Shown here one piece after another: positions 52,465 to 63,600 of a stretch of 64,000 nt of DNA; positions within the stretch are counted from its first letter, which is position 1, and each line of letters starts with the position of its first letter. The DNA is taken from the NCBI GenBank assembly GCA_037143335.1, contig JBAWZA010000012.1:7108-71107 (forward strand). The letters run 5' to 3'. Made by a program: the position numbers and the translations under genes. This stretch comes from a bacterium (lineage in GTDB: Bacteria > Bacteroidota > Ignavibacteria > Palsa-1295). Under the pieces are notes generated by a model that worked only from the letters and a program-made list of their open reading frames with translations, had not been told where the DNA came from and made no database searches.

Positions 52465-53826
52465 ATGGCAAAAAAAGTAGCAAAGAAGCCCCTTAAGAAA
52501 TTTCACACCAGGTTTACTGACGAAGATCCGTCAGTCTATAAAGAACCGGCACCACTTGATGCCAAAATTTTCGGACACGAAAAGGAAAACCCTTTAGAGT
52601 CCATGATGGAGCGGTTTGATAAGGCTGCAGAGATTCTCCAACTTGAAAAGGGAATCTACACCTACCTCAAAACTCCTTGCAAATGCGTCATCGTCTCGGT
52701 GCCAGTCACAATGGACGATGGACGTATCGAAATCTTCGAGGGATTCCGCGTCGTGCACAACGATATTTTAGGACCATCGAAAGGCGGTATTCGCTATGCA
52801 CCTGATGTGAACCTCGATGAGGTCAAGGCATTAGCCGCTTGGATGACATGGAAGTGCGCAGTGATTGATATCCCTTTCGGCGGAGCAAAGGGCGGCGTTC
52901 GATGCGATCCTCGCAATCTCTCCCAGCGTGAGCTTGAGATGATTACTCGCCGATATACTTCTAACATGCTCGATGTCTTCGGACCCGATCGCGACATTCC
53001 TGCACCGGATGTAAATACAAACGAGCAAGTGATGGCATGGCTCTTGGATACATACTCCATGCACATGCGCAGAACAGAGCCTGGTGTTGTAACAGGCAAG
53101 CCACTAATCTTGGGGGGAAGCAAAGGTCGCAGAGAAGCAACAGGTCGTGGTGTAATGCACGCCACACTTTGCGGTTTAGAAAAATTGCGTCTCTCACCTG
53201 CCAAGGCAACAGTCGCAGTTGAAGGATTCGGAAATGTAGGCTCAATCAGCGCGGCATCGCTCTATGAGCAAGGCGCGAAAATCATTGCCATCAGCGATGT
53301 ATCAGGCGGATACTACAATGAAAAAGGGATTGACATCGAAGCCGCAATTAAGTACACCGAAGCTCACGGCAATATGCTCGAAGGATTCAAGGGTGGACAA
53401 AAAATTACCAACGATGAATTATTGACTGTGAAGTGCGACGTTCTCGTACCTGCCGCGCGTGAGGATAGAATCACCGACCGCAACGCAGGCGACGTTCATG
53501 CACGCTTAATCGTTGAAGGTGCGAACGGACCAACGAGCGCAAGCGCTGATGCTATTCTCGAAGCAAATGGGGTCATGGTTATTCCTGATATTCTCGCAAA
53601 CGCTGGCGGCGTGAAGGTAAGTTATTTCGAGTGGGTGCAGAATAGAATGGGATTCTATTGGCCGCTTGAACTGGTGAACCAACGCTTAGAACAAGCGATG
53701 AAAGATGCTTTCGATAGAGTGTATGAAAATTCTCAGAAGCATGGTGTGTCGCTTCGCCTAAGTTCATATATCTTGGCGATTGATAAGGTCGCACGTACAC
53801 TCAAGCTCCGCGGTATTTACGGCTGA
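52465..53826 (+). CDS. gdhA: Glu/Leu/Phe/Val dehydrogenase (glutamate dehydrogenase)
   Basis: GPSKGGIRY, PFGGAKGG, DIPAPDV, GFGNVG, EGANGP, NAGGV.VSYFEW. Confidence 0.93.
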   Translation: MAKKVAKKPLKKFHTRFTDEDPSVYKEPAPLDAKIFGHEKENPLESMMERFDKAAEILQLEKGIYTYLKTPCKCVIVSVPVTMDDGRIEIFEGFRVVHNDILGPSKGGIRYAPDVNLDEVKALAAWMTWKCAVIDIPFGGAKGGVRCDPRNLSQRELEMITRRYTSNMLDVFGPDRDIPAPDVNTNEQVMAWLLDTYSMHMRRTEPGVVTGKPLILGGSKGRREATGRGVMHATLCGLEKLRLSPAKATVAVEGFGNVGSISAASLYEQGAKIIAISDVSGGYYNEKGIDIEAAIKYTEAHGNMLEGFKGGQKITNDELLTVKCDVLVPAAREDRITDRNAGDVHARLIVEGANGPTSASADAILEANGVMVIPDILANAGGVKVSYFEWVQNRMGFYWPLELVNQRLEQAMKDAFDRVYENSQKHGVSLRLSSYILAIDKVARTLKLRGIYG

Positions 53827-54344
53827 TGATTCGCCCGCTTACATACGTTGCATTTTTGATCTTCGCCCTTGCTCCAACAAGGGCGAAGATTTTTGCACAA
53901 GAAACGAAGAGTGGTATGTATGATAGACTCGTGAGGGAAGCAATTGACTCTGTCCTAAATGCTCATGGCCTATCAACAAAAAATACTGGAATCCTTTTTG
54001 AAACAGGAATCCAAGTTGATTCGACTCTTCTTAATTCTGTTCGTGATGATAATATCATTTTTATTCGTGATCTGTCGCGTAACCAACGCGTGATCCGTAC
54101 GTCAGAGCAAGGTGAAGAAGGGGAATATTCTATCACAGGTAAATATGCAATCACGAAGCGGGGAGTATCGCTGGCAGAGTTAAACGGACTTGTCCGAAAC
54201 ACATTGCAAAGAACGCGGCGATATTCATTGAATTTGATTGAAAGCGATTCGCCACATTCATTTTGGGATTCAACTGCAAAACCGATTCTTGTAACCATCG
54301 GCGCTGCAGTTGTTATCGCACTCTTTTTCTTAATACGGGGTTAG
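53826..54344 (+). CDS. Hypothetical exported protein with C-terminal membrane anchor
   Basis: Signal peptide; C-terminal KPILVTIGAAVVIALFFLIRG; start overlaps the gdhA stop. Confidence 0.65.
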   Translation: MIRPLTYVAFLIFALAPTRAKIFAQETKSGMYDRLVREAIDSVLNAHGLSTKNTGILFETGIQVDSTLLNSVRDDNIIFIRDLSRNQRVIRTSEQGEEGEYSITGKYAITKRGVSLAELNGLVRNTLQRTRRYSLNLIESDSPHSFWDSTAKPILVTIGAAVVIALFFLIRG

Positions 54345-55126
54345 TGTACATAGTGATTACCATTCAAAAAAGATTTTCTCGTTTAGGCACTCTATTTCTC
54401 GCTACGTTTCTCATTTCGTGCGGAAGCACTAAATCCACAGAGACTCAGTCCACCAATAGGAATGCTATTGAACAGCGTCTTGACGCAGGCAAAGCAGCTT
54501 ATGAAAAGGAGGATTGGCTTGAAGCGATCCGTATTTTCGATGAAATTCGCCTGCAAGCTCCAACATCCGCTGTCGCCGCCGAAGCAACATTTTTGGAGGG
54601 AATGTCTCGGTACCGCTCTGGCACATTCATAAGTGCCGCCGTTGATTTCCGCGCTGTCAGAAGAAATTATCCAAACTCTCCACTTGCTCCGCGCGCGCAA
54701 ATGATGGTGGGGGAGAGTTACTATGCTCTCAGTCCTCGTCCAGAACTTGATCAGACATATTCGCAGTATGCGGTATCTGAGTATCAAACGTTTCTCCGTG
54801 ATTTTTCGAATGAAAGAAATCTTGCAGATAGTGCGACAATGCGCATCGCAGAAATTAGAAATAAGATGGGTTTGAAATATCTTCTTGGAGCTGAACTCTA
54901 TTTGAAACTCTCCGATAGAAAAGCAGCGATTCAAGGATTTACTCGTGTTGTAGATTCTTACTACGACACGCCTTCAGCAATCGAAGCACAACTCCGGATT
55001 GCAGAGGTGCAATTCTCCCGCAAAAAATCACGCGAAGCGCAGGATGCGATTCAAGCATTCGAGGATAAATTTTTCAAAGATGCAACGCCCGCTCAGCGCT
55101 CACGCGCTCGGAGCATTAAGCAATGA
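54344..55126 (+). CDS. bamD: Outer membrane assembly lipoprotein BamD
   Basis: Lipobox LISC, TPR repeats, SPRPELDQTY, YPNS, YYDT. Start at GTG 54344 or 54353. Confidence 0.88.
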   Translation: MYIVITIQKRFSRLGTLFLATFLISCGSTKSTETQSTNRNAIEQRLDAGKAAYEKEDWLEAIRIFDEIRLQAPTSAVAAEATFLEGMSRYRSGTFISAAVDFRAVRRNYPNSPLAPRAQMMVGESYYALSPRPELDQTYSQYAVSEYQTFLRDFSNERNLADSATMRIAEIRNKMGLKYLLGAELYLKLSDRKAAIQGFTRVVDSYYDTPSAIEAQLRIAEVQFSRKKSREAQDAIQAFEDKFFKDATPAQRSRARSIKQ

Positions 55127-55665
55127 CTTTCCATGAATTGATGCAACAGCTCAAGAAAAAAGTTAAAGAGTCGCAAGTCGAGATGACCGAACTAGTTTTG
55201 CCGAATGATACGAATCAACTCGGCAACTTACTCGGCGGAAGACTTATGCACTGGATGGATATTTGCGCTGCTATTGCCGCTGGCAAACACTCAGGCAGAG
55301 TGTGTGTGACGGCAAGCGTTGACGAAATTAATTTCTTAGGTCCCGTAAAACTTGGTCAAGTTATCCGCCTTTACGCAAGTGTCAACCGCGCATTCCATAC
55401 TTCCATGGAAGTTGGCGTTCGCGCAATTGTTGAAGATATTCACACTGGTTACAGCCGTCACGTCAATACAGGTTATCTTACCTTCGTCGCTCTCGATGAA
55501 ACTGGCAGAGGCGTGAAAGTCCCAGAACTTGTCCCTGTTACATCCGATGAAAAGCGTCGGTTCGAAGCTGCAGCTACGCGTCGCAATGACCGTCTCGTTC
55601 GCAGAAGAGCAATCGAAGCCAACGAAGCCGCTCGAATCAAAGCCGCTTCCAAAAAAGTGAAATAA
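55123..55665 (+). CDS. Acyl-CoA thioesterase (hotdog fold)
   Basis: LPNDTNQLGNLLGGRLMHWMD, VTASVD, TSMEVGV, YLTFVALD. Confidence 0.92.
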   Translation: MTFHELMQQLKKKVKESQVEMTELVLPNDTNQLGNLLGGRLMHWMDICAAIAAGKHSGRVCVTASVDEINFLGPVKLGQVIRLYASVNRAFHTSMEVGVRAIVEDIHTGYSRHVNTGYLTFVALDETGRGVKVPELVPVTSDEKRRFEAAATRRNDRLVRRRAIEANEAARIKAASKKVK

Positions 55666-55679
55666 TATTCGCAGAAGTG

Positions 55680-56333
55680 ATGGATAGGACGATTGATCTA
55701 TCTTTAAAGCTTGATGCGATTACAAAGCGTTACGGTCGCTCCACGATATTTTCTCCTATTTCCGCTGAAATACATTCCGCCCAAATCTGCGCTATCACAG
55801 GTGCAAATGGCTCAGGCAAATCAACACTCCTCAAAATCATCGCGGGTGTAACCGAACCATCATCAGGTAGTTCTTCATGGAGTGCCGATAGAAAAATTAT
55901 TGATTCGCGCAAACTTCAAACCCTGATGGGATTTGCTTCGCCGTACCTCGAACTTTACCACGAACTCACAGCCGTCGAGCATCTCCAATTTGTTGCGGAG
56001 TTAAAAGGAAAGAGAATTGTATTCGAAGAATGTGTATCTGAACTAACACAATTCGGACTCGAAGAAAAAATTGTGCGGAGCGACAGAGCCGTTAAAGCAT
56101 ATAGTTCGGGTATGCAACAGCGCGTTCGCCTCGCGATGGCATTCATGTTGCAACCATCTATTATTCTCTTGGATGAGCCAAGCTCGAATCTCGACGAAGC
56201 TGGAATAGCTATTCTCTCTAAGCGAATCGAAGAATCGCGCGATCGCGGAGCGATAGTAATAATTGCTTCCAACGATGAAGCCGAAAAAAAATTAGCTTCT
56301 TCTTTTATTGATCTGATTCCTGCAGTCAAATAA
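55680..56333 (+). CDS. Stand-alone ABC transporter ATP-binding protein (CcmA-like)
   Basis: GANGSGKST, YSSGMQQR, LLDEP. Confidence 0.88.
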   Translation: MDRTIDLSLKLDAITKRYGRSTIFSPISAEIHSAQICAITGANGSGKSTLLKIIAGVTEPSSGSSSWSADRKIIDSRKLQTLMGFASPYLELYHELTAVEHLQFVAELKGKRIVFEECVSELTQFGLEEKIVRSDRAVKAYSSGMQQRVRLAMAFMLQPSIILLDEPSSNLDEAGIAILSKRIEESRDRGAIVIIASNDEAEKKLASSFIDLIPAVK

Positions 56334-57470
56334 ATGAAATTCACACTCGATCATACCGACACAACGACGAAGGCACGTGCTGGCACGCTTGTCACAGATC
56401 ATGGAGAGATACAGACACCTTGTTTCATGCCCGTTGGTACGCTTGCAACGGTGAAGTCGCTCCTGCCAAGAGATGTGTGGGATAGCGGCGCGCGGATCTG
56501 CCTTGCGAATGCTTATCATCTCTACTTGCGCCCGGGCACCGAGATTGTCAAAGAGGCAGGGGGCATTCATCGTTTCTCGCATTGGGATGGAAGCATCTTG
56601 ACGGACTCTGGTGGTTATCAGGTTTTTTCGCTTGCAGGGTTGCGAAAAATTACTGATGAAGGAGTGAAGTTCAAATCGCATCTTGATGGATCGTCACATT
56701 TTTTTACGCCCGAAAAAGTGGTAGAGATCGAGCGCGACTTGGGTCCTGACATCATGATGCCACTTGACGAGTGCCCACCATCAAATGCTGAGCGCAAGAT
56801 TGTCGAAGAAGCAGTCACCCGCACCATCGGCTGGGCGGAGCGAGCGATGGAGCATGTTGCCAAGACCGCACCGCTTCATGGTTATGCACAAGCGCCGTTC
56901 CTCATCGTGCAAGGTGGCGTGCATGAAGATCTCAGGATTGCCTGCGCCGAAAAATTAGTTGCTCTGGATTCATTCGGCTACGCCATTGGCGGACTTGCTG
57001 TCGGTGAGCCAAACGAAGTGATGTATCACGTCACCAATGTCACCACTGATGTCCTGCCCACAGATAAACCCAGATACTTGATGGGTGTTGGGACTCCAGT
57101 TGATCTACTTGAATCTATTGCTCGTGGAGTGGATATGTTCGATTGCGTACTCCCAACTCGAAATGCTCGGAACGGTCAACTCTTTACAGCTAACGGCAAA
57201 CTCAATATGCGAAATGCAAAGTGGAAAACGGATTTCTCGCAAATTGATAGTAATACAAATTCCTACGCCTCACAACATTTTACGAAGGCATATTTAGCGC
57301 ACCTCGTAAACTCCGAAGAGACCCTTGCCCTCACGCTTGCCTCGATGCACAACATCACCTTTTACCAAGAACTCGTCAAAACCGCTCGCGAGAAAATCAT
57401 AGCCGGAACCTTCGATTCCTGGAAAACCGAATTCATCGGAAACTATACTACGCCTTCAGAGATTGTTTGA
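56334..57470 (+). CDS. tgt: Queuine tRNA-ribosyltransferase
   Basis: TPCFMPVGT, NAYHL, TDSGGYQVFSL, GGLAVGE, PRYLMGVG, DMFDCVLPTR. Confidence 0.96.
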   Translation: MKFTLDHTDTTTKARAGTLVTDHGEIQTPCFMPVGTLATVKSLLPRDVWDSGARICLANAYHLYLRPGTEIVKEAGGIHRFSHWDGSILTDSGGYQVFSLAGLRKITDEGVKFKSHLDGSSHFFTPEKVVEIERDLGPDIMMPLDECPPSNAERKIVEEAVTRTIGWAERAMEHVAKTAPLHGYAQAPFLIVQGGVHEDLRIACAEKLVALDSFGYAIGGLAVGEPNEVMYHVTNVTTDVLPTDKPRYLMGVGTPVDLLESIARGVDMFDCVLPTRNARNGQLFTANGKLNMRNAKWKTDFSQIDSNTNSYASQHFTKAYLAHLVNSEETLALTLASMHNITFYQELVKTAREKIIAGTFDSWKTEFIGNYTTPSEIV

Positions 57471-57536
57471 TGGTACGCATTAACGAACATCGAATCCGTA
57501 GTTGCTCTAAATTTCTAAAAGTTCTGTATTCAACGA

Positions 57537-59657
57537 GTGAAAGTATTCACAACATATTCAGGATGTCGAGAGGGAAGTTCAAAGGTTATTCGACTTTCGG
57601 TCTATGTATTTGTCTTTTGTCTTTTTTTCTTACACAATCAATGTTTCGCCCAATGGAAGAAATTATTTAATTTTGATCACAGTGTAAGAACGATATATTT
57701 TAAGGATTTTACTTCTATACCTTTGGATGGATTCATAGGGGATGGTGCAAGTTATACAATGCCAAACTCTGTTTGGCGAACAACAGACGGTGGTGCTACA
57801 TGGCATTTAGTAAATTACCCAAAAACTTTCTTTAATCAGTATCCTGAGCCTGTATCTTTTACTTTCAAGAACTCATTAGAGGGGTGGTTTTTTAGTTGCA
57901 GAACAACCGACGGTGGTGACAATTGGACACCTACAAATCAACCACCAATTCAAGGTGATGACATTGCTTATGTTAAAGCTTCAGACATGGTGATATATGT
58001 ATACCCAGCGAATAGCAACTATTTTATTGCAAATGACGGAATGAACTTCACTGAGCAAACGATCCCTGGATATACTTCCGCCGGTGCCAACGTTAGTATT
58101 ACTTTCTCGGATTCATTCCATGGCATCATAGTACATTCCGGGACATATATTGCTTATACAGATGATGGTGGTCTATCTTGGAAGGTTTCCCAATTTATTT
58201 TTAGTGAGATGTGGCAACCTGTTGGAATTTCAGGCACAGAAACTTTTTTTGGAATCAGCGAAGATGGTGGGGCTACACCTTCTAATACTGGGCAAGTTAT
58301 TCGCTCAATTGATGGAGGGAAAACCTGGCTTAGACTTTACAAATATCCTAATACTCAAAGCCAATGTCTCACTGGCGCGATACAATACGGTTGGGACATG
58401 AATCTTTTTTTTCAGACTACACTCGATGGCAGTGAGGGTGTCATGACCTCATCTGATAGTGGTATTACCTTTCATTCTATTTGTGGACCAGTCAATAGGG
58501 TTGATACTCGTTTCTATGTCCGCGATACCTTCATCTATGCGGGCGATAAATACGGCGGCCTTTGGCTAAATACAACTGGCATCGGCTCGAACTCAACACC
58601 TCAGCTTTCTACTTTATCAATTTCCGCCCCACCACTCCTGCTATGCGAGAATTTTGACTCCGCCCTCACCTTTACATTTTTCGATTCGTGTAATAATATT
58701 CAAGCGAAGCTCTTGAGTGCGGTGATGACTGGTTCTCCGAGTTTTACGTTTTCATCGGCATCGGCTATTCCTCGGACGATTCATCCTGAAGATTCGCTCG
58801 TGATTTCGTATGATCCACAAAGCTCTTTGCCTGATACCGCCGAGCTTCATCTGAGATTTCATCTTGGCTGGAAAGATTTCGATACCACCATCCACCTTTT
58901 TGGCGCAGGGAGAATTCCGAAGGAGAATGTTCGCTTCGTTGCATCATCACCGACCTACTCTGCCATCGCTGGGCAAGGCGTGAGCGTGAGTTACGCGTCA
59001 GATAAAAATATCTCAGCTCGAAATTTGGATAGCATTTCATTCGATCTCATCTTTGATGGAGATGTACTTGATTACCAAACGATCTCTACATCGATTGTTG
59101 GCGCGAGTGTGACGTTTGTAACAGCACCCATCCCACTCATCGGCAAGTAGAAGTTGTCGGCTGTGATTCGCGGCGCGAACATGACGCTCGATTCGCTCAA
59201 ACCAATAGCACAACTTGGCTTCCGCGCAATGGTTGCGAAGTCCATGCAAACTCCGATCACCATGACCAACCTCAAGCTCAATGGTGGCGATGCTGATTAT
59301 GCGAACTGCATTCTCTCGGCGGACACCGCAACAACGTCATTCAACCTTCTTGCACAGTGCGGCGATAGCACACTTTCAAAATTTATGAACGGTATCCTCC
59401 CACTACGAATAATTTCACTCCGTCCGAATCCTGTGCAAGATGAAGTGATCGTGGAGATCGAATCACCGACGAAGCGCGAGGCTACTGTAGAGATATATGA
59501 TGCCTTGGGTGCGAAAATATCGTCATTCCAACATCAGATTTCTTCTGGAAATAATTCACTCCACCTCTCGACAAGGGATCTATCGTCTGGGGTCTATCAG
59601 ATTCGGATTAAGGGTGAAGTAGGTGATAGTGGTACGAGATTTGTGAAGAGTCGGTAG
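57537..59657 (+). pseudogene. T9SS cargo (BNR/Ycf48-like propeller + Ig + cohesin-like + CTD) interrupted by in-frame TAG at 59148-59150
   Basis: ORFs 57537..59150 and 59154..59657 are in the same frame (…GGC AAG TAG AAG TTG…). The first has the signal peptide and T.DGG..W boxes; the second has the PNP...YDALG...SSGVY CTD. Confidence 0.7.
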
Positions 59658-59772
59658 CGAGTCGCGAAATATCAATTATCTATTTTTGGTAATTCGCTCC
59701 CATATAAGTAGCCCAACACTAAAAGAATGAACTTTTGAGCGCTGTCCGAAGTTGAATCAGCCCCGAAATACT

Positions 59773-59859
59773 GGAGAGGTGGCAGAGTGGTCGAATGCGG
59801 CGGTCTCGAAAACCGTTAAACCCGCAAGGGTTTCGAGAGTTCGAATCTCTCCCTCTCCG
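59773..59859 (+). tRNA. tRNA-Ser (CGA)
   Basis: GGAGAGG acceptor stem, anticodon arm GCGGT-CTCGAAA-ACCGT, long variable arm AAACCC-GCAA-GGGTTT, GTTCGAATC; no CCA. Confidence 0.96.
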
Positions 59860-59929
59860 CAACTAAATAAAAATGGATTTCGTTTTTTAACCTCACCCAT
59901 CACAACAAACATTTAATTTACTATCACCA

Positions 59930-60628
59930 ATGGAAACCTACCTCAAAAGCAATTCTGATGAAAATGAATCATTGGACCAATCAGAATTAATGGAAATCAC
60001 CAGCGCCGCCGAAGGCATGACACAACACTTTGCCTCCACGACAGATGTACTCAAGGCTGAACTTGAGCGCGTCAGTACAGCAATTGATACCTGGGAGCGC
60101 TTGGCGCCGAAATTATATTTCATGAAGAAGCGCTTGATCGTTATTCATGATATTCTTTCAGGCAAGAGAGATATTGAGTCAATTGTTGCACCTCCTCAAG
60201 CTGAAGAGAAAAGTGACAAGAAGAAACGTGGACCAAAGAAAGGCTCGAATAAAGTATTTATTCGCCGCAAATCAGATATTTTGACTGATGCCGTGATCGA
60301 GAAGATTAAGGAATTTATTGCTCGCGATGAAGACTATCATAAGTCAAAAGAAATCTACGCATACTTAATTGACAACAATTTAATCCCACCATACGATGGC
60401 AAGACACCCGACAGAATGTTCGCGATCTCTTTGGCTCGCGTTGATCAAGATTTAATTAAGTACAACAATCATTTCTCCATCATGGCTTGGGGACTTCCAG
60501 ATTTCGGTACGCCCGAACATGCACGTCGCAAAGCGCTCAAAAATTCTGCTAAAGGTAGAGAAGGCACACGTGTCTCATCTTACGGCAGAGAAAAGCATGA
60601 GATGTCCGACGTAGCTGTTGGTGTGTAA
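59930..60628 (+). CDS. Hypothetical protein, possibly DNA-binding
   Basis: 232 aa ATG-initiated ORF filling the gap; N-terminal helices, basic KKKRGPKKG linker, helical C-terminal domain. Confidence 0.65.
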   Translation: METYLKSNSDENESLDQSELMEITSAAEGMTQHFASTTDVLKAELERVSTAIDTWERLAPKLYFMKKRLIVIHDILSGKRDIESIVAPPQAEEKSDKKKRGPKKGSNKVFIRRKSDILTDAVIEKIKEFIARDEDYHKSKEIYAYLIDNNLIPPYDGKTPDRMFAISLARVDQDLIKYNNHFSIMAWGLPDFGTPEHARRKALKNSAKGREGTRVSSYGREKHEMSDVAVGV

Positions 60629-60639
60629 GAGATTACTTC

Positions 60640-63600
60640 TTATTTATTCTTAATGATGACGAATTTGGATTCATTAGGCTTCACGGAATTACCGTGATCA
60701 TCTTTTCCAGTAACATGATACCAATACACTCCGGAAGGGACAGCCCTTCCGGAGTCGTCGTTTAAATCCCAAGTTACTCCTCCAGTCCTATCCGATGTTT
60801 TGATACGATTGATGAATCGATTATCAAGCGTATAAATTGCGATCTCGGCTTCGGCAGTGAGCCGAGCAAATGTCATCGTATTATCCGAAGTGGTCACCGG
60901 ATTAGGATAGACCATTATGTGATCGAGGTCTGGTTCAGTCAGCGTTTCTCCTGCACAATTACCAGTAGTGGCTTCGAGCAAGATGTGTTGCTCCGCCGTA
61001 ATATCCTTAACGCAGAGTACAAACGGCGTACCGAGTGCGGATATGATCGTACCTGAAGTGAGGGTGAGTGTCACTGCATTTGGATTCCCAACGACTCGTT
61101 CGACATAGCCAATTTTTCCGAATGGAAAGAGTGTGTAGTGGCTTGGGTCAAGCGCATTATCATCAGGGAGGAGGTTGAACTCAACAAATATCGTCGTCGT
61201 CCCTTCGAATTTCCAACGCGTAATATAAAATTCTTCTGCTGTAAGTATAGCATCCGATTTCCACGATATTTTTTCTGAATCATCAAATGGCGAATTCCAT
61301 TTGTCGCGAACTGCGAATGAAGAAACCGAAACATGATGCGTAGAAAGCGGAAAGAGTGGGAGTTGCGCGGTTAGAATGATCGCCGAATCAGATGCGACGA
61401 TAGCAGACGTGAGGAAAATGGAATCATCAATGACGAAAGCTCCTCCATCAAGTACTTCCGTTGACATCGGCTCAGATGTGCGAAGCGTCACTTTAGAATC
61501 TAGCGACTGCGCACTCAGAAGATGCGGCTTTGGATGCACATGTGCGAATTCTCCGAACGATGGATTGCTGAGTGCAATATTATTTGATTCATCATACGCT
61601 TGCACTGCGTAGATATAGTTCGAATCATTAAATACTGTTGTATCGGAGTAGTTTGGATTCTTGGTGGAATCAAGTGGAATATAGAATGCACCCTTCGTTG
61701 CCGCGGCGCGAAGGATATAATATTCAGTCGCGCCATTTATTTTTCCCCAGGTGATGTCAACTCGGTTCGTGTCTCGAGGCACGACTTCTAGTCCGCTCGG
61801 AGCTGTTGTTTGATCAACGAAGGCATCGGTATATTCAAAAAAGTGAAGGGAGTCTCCGGTGTTAAAACCAAATTCGCGTTTGCCGTTTCCGTCAAAATCA
61901 AATGCGATTGCGCCACGCGGGGAGTTTGATAAAGGGTAGTGCCAAACCGGTTTCATCGTCTTCGATGAGGCATCGAACTGAAGTAAATAAAAATTCGGGA
62001 AGAGAGAGAGAATGAGGTTGTCGCCACTATTTCCCGTTACATTTTTGATTGCTGCGATACTTGCTCTGTACGGAAGCAGAGATCGCGCCAAATAGAAGTG
62101 ATCAACATAAACCGTTTTGAACGTTGCATCACCATTTCCAAGCATCACTTTCACCGTCCAATACGATGCGGCGTACTCATTATCTGAATTCGGATCGTAC
62201 GGTGTATGATACGCCAAGGCAATATCGGTTTTCCCATCAGCATTAAAATCACCACTCGTCACTAGTCTGCCTTCGGTTTCGCCGTCATTTACATCTTGAA
62301 AAATTGTTGTGGAATGATTCGGAGTAGATTGATCATACTGGAATGCAAGAATATCAGCATCGCCATCAGCGGTAATTATCTCCGGCTTTCCATCACCATT
62401 TATATCAGCAAATCGTGCATCAGGCTCATTGAAATTATTTTGCAAGTAGTGCGGGGCAGGCGGGGAAGTGTCGCGGAGCGTAGCAATTTGCGTTGCCGAT
62501 GTTCCTGATAGTTTGTAGATTTTGAATGCAAGCTCGTTCGATGCAATCGTGTCCTCGACAACCAATTCCTGTTTTCCATCTCCGTCAATATCAGTTAGAC
62601 CTACTGCTAATGAGCGTGAACCCGCAGCATTTGAATTGATGATGTCGCCGAGGAGCGAATGTGAAGTATTTTGCTTATAGAGCAGATACGAATGCCCTGA
62701 TTGCAAAAGTAATTCTGGTTTATTATCGCCTGTAGTATTACCGATGCTTCTCGGAATCCAGGGCGTAGTGAGAGAATCAACAAGTGTAAACCTGCGATTC
62801 TTCTTATCGAATGTAAAAATATTTAGTGGACCAAAATTTGTGCCATCTGGAAAAACATTTTCGACGACCTGATCTCCATTTGAGGTTGGTAGAACCGTAT
62901 CCAACACATATCCCGTTGGCAGTGCATAGTTTTTTTCGACGAAGCCTTGTTCATTCACTGTTTCAGGAGTTATTATCCCACTCAGATTTATCGTTGCCGA
63001 ATCACCTGATTGTGTGTAAGCAATTAGTTCTAGCTCAAGAGGTGTTGAAATCGGTGCATCCTCGTTTGTTAGAAGGATATTATGCTCCTTCGTAATCCTG
63101 TCATCCTTTTTTGTCTTCCAATCAGAAACTCCTTGGGGTTTGAAGTACAGAGTAGTACTTGTGAGGGTATCTGTGGTAGCATCAATGAGCAAACCTCTTT
63201 TTTCATTTACATAAATCGGAATGACAGCTGAGGAAGTAAATTGTGGGGCTGATGAAAATAAATGGATAGTGATATTTTCAACGATCGTATGCTCTCCACT
63301 CGTATTGACACTAAGCGTTATGACATAGGAGCCGTTCGCGAAGTTTTTTGTATCCCACACAGCGAGCGTATCATTTAATTTTTGAGAATCGCTTGTAATC
63401 AACTTAGTAATTGTTGGATTCTGTAATCTTGTATCAGATTTAGTTACGGTTACCTCGAATGATTTGAAGAGTGCGGAAATACTTGAACCAATAACTACAA
63501 CCTTCGCACCGACATGAAATGCTCTGTTCTGGTTTGGTGACTCAATTTTTATCGCTGAACTGCCGATGTATTTCAATGCCGCAAGCGCATCGATTCTTCC

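Noticed and set aside
59148-59200. Pyrrolysine or selenocysteine recoding signal at the internal stop
   Set aside because: The codon is TAG, so not Sec. Only a weak 5-bp hairpin (TTCGC-GGC-GCGAA) follows, and there are no pyl genes in the window; other genes use TAG as a normal stop.
59773-60640. Genomic island integrated at tRNA-Ser
   Set aside because: No integrase and no duplicated tRNA 3' end were seen within the window.
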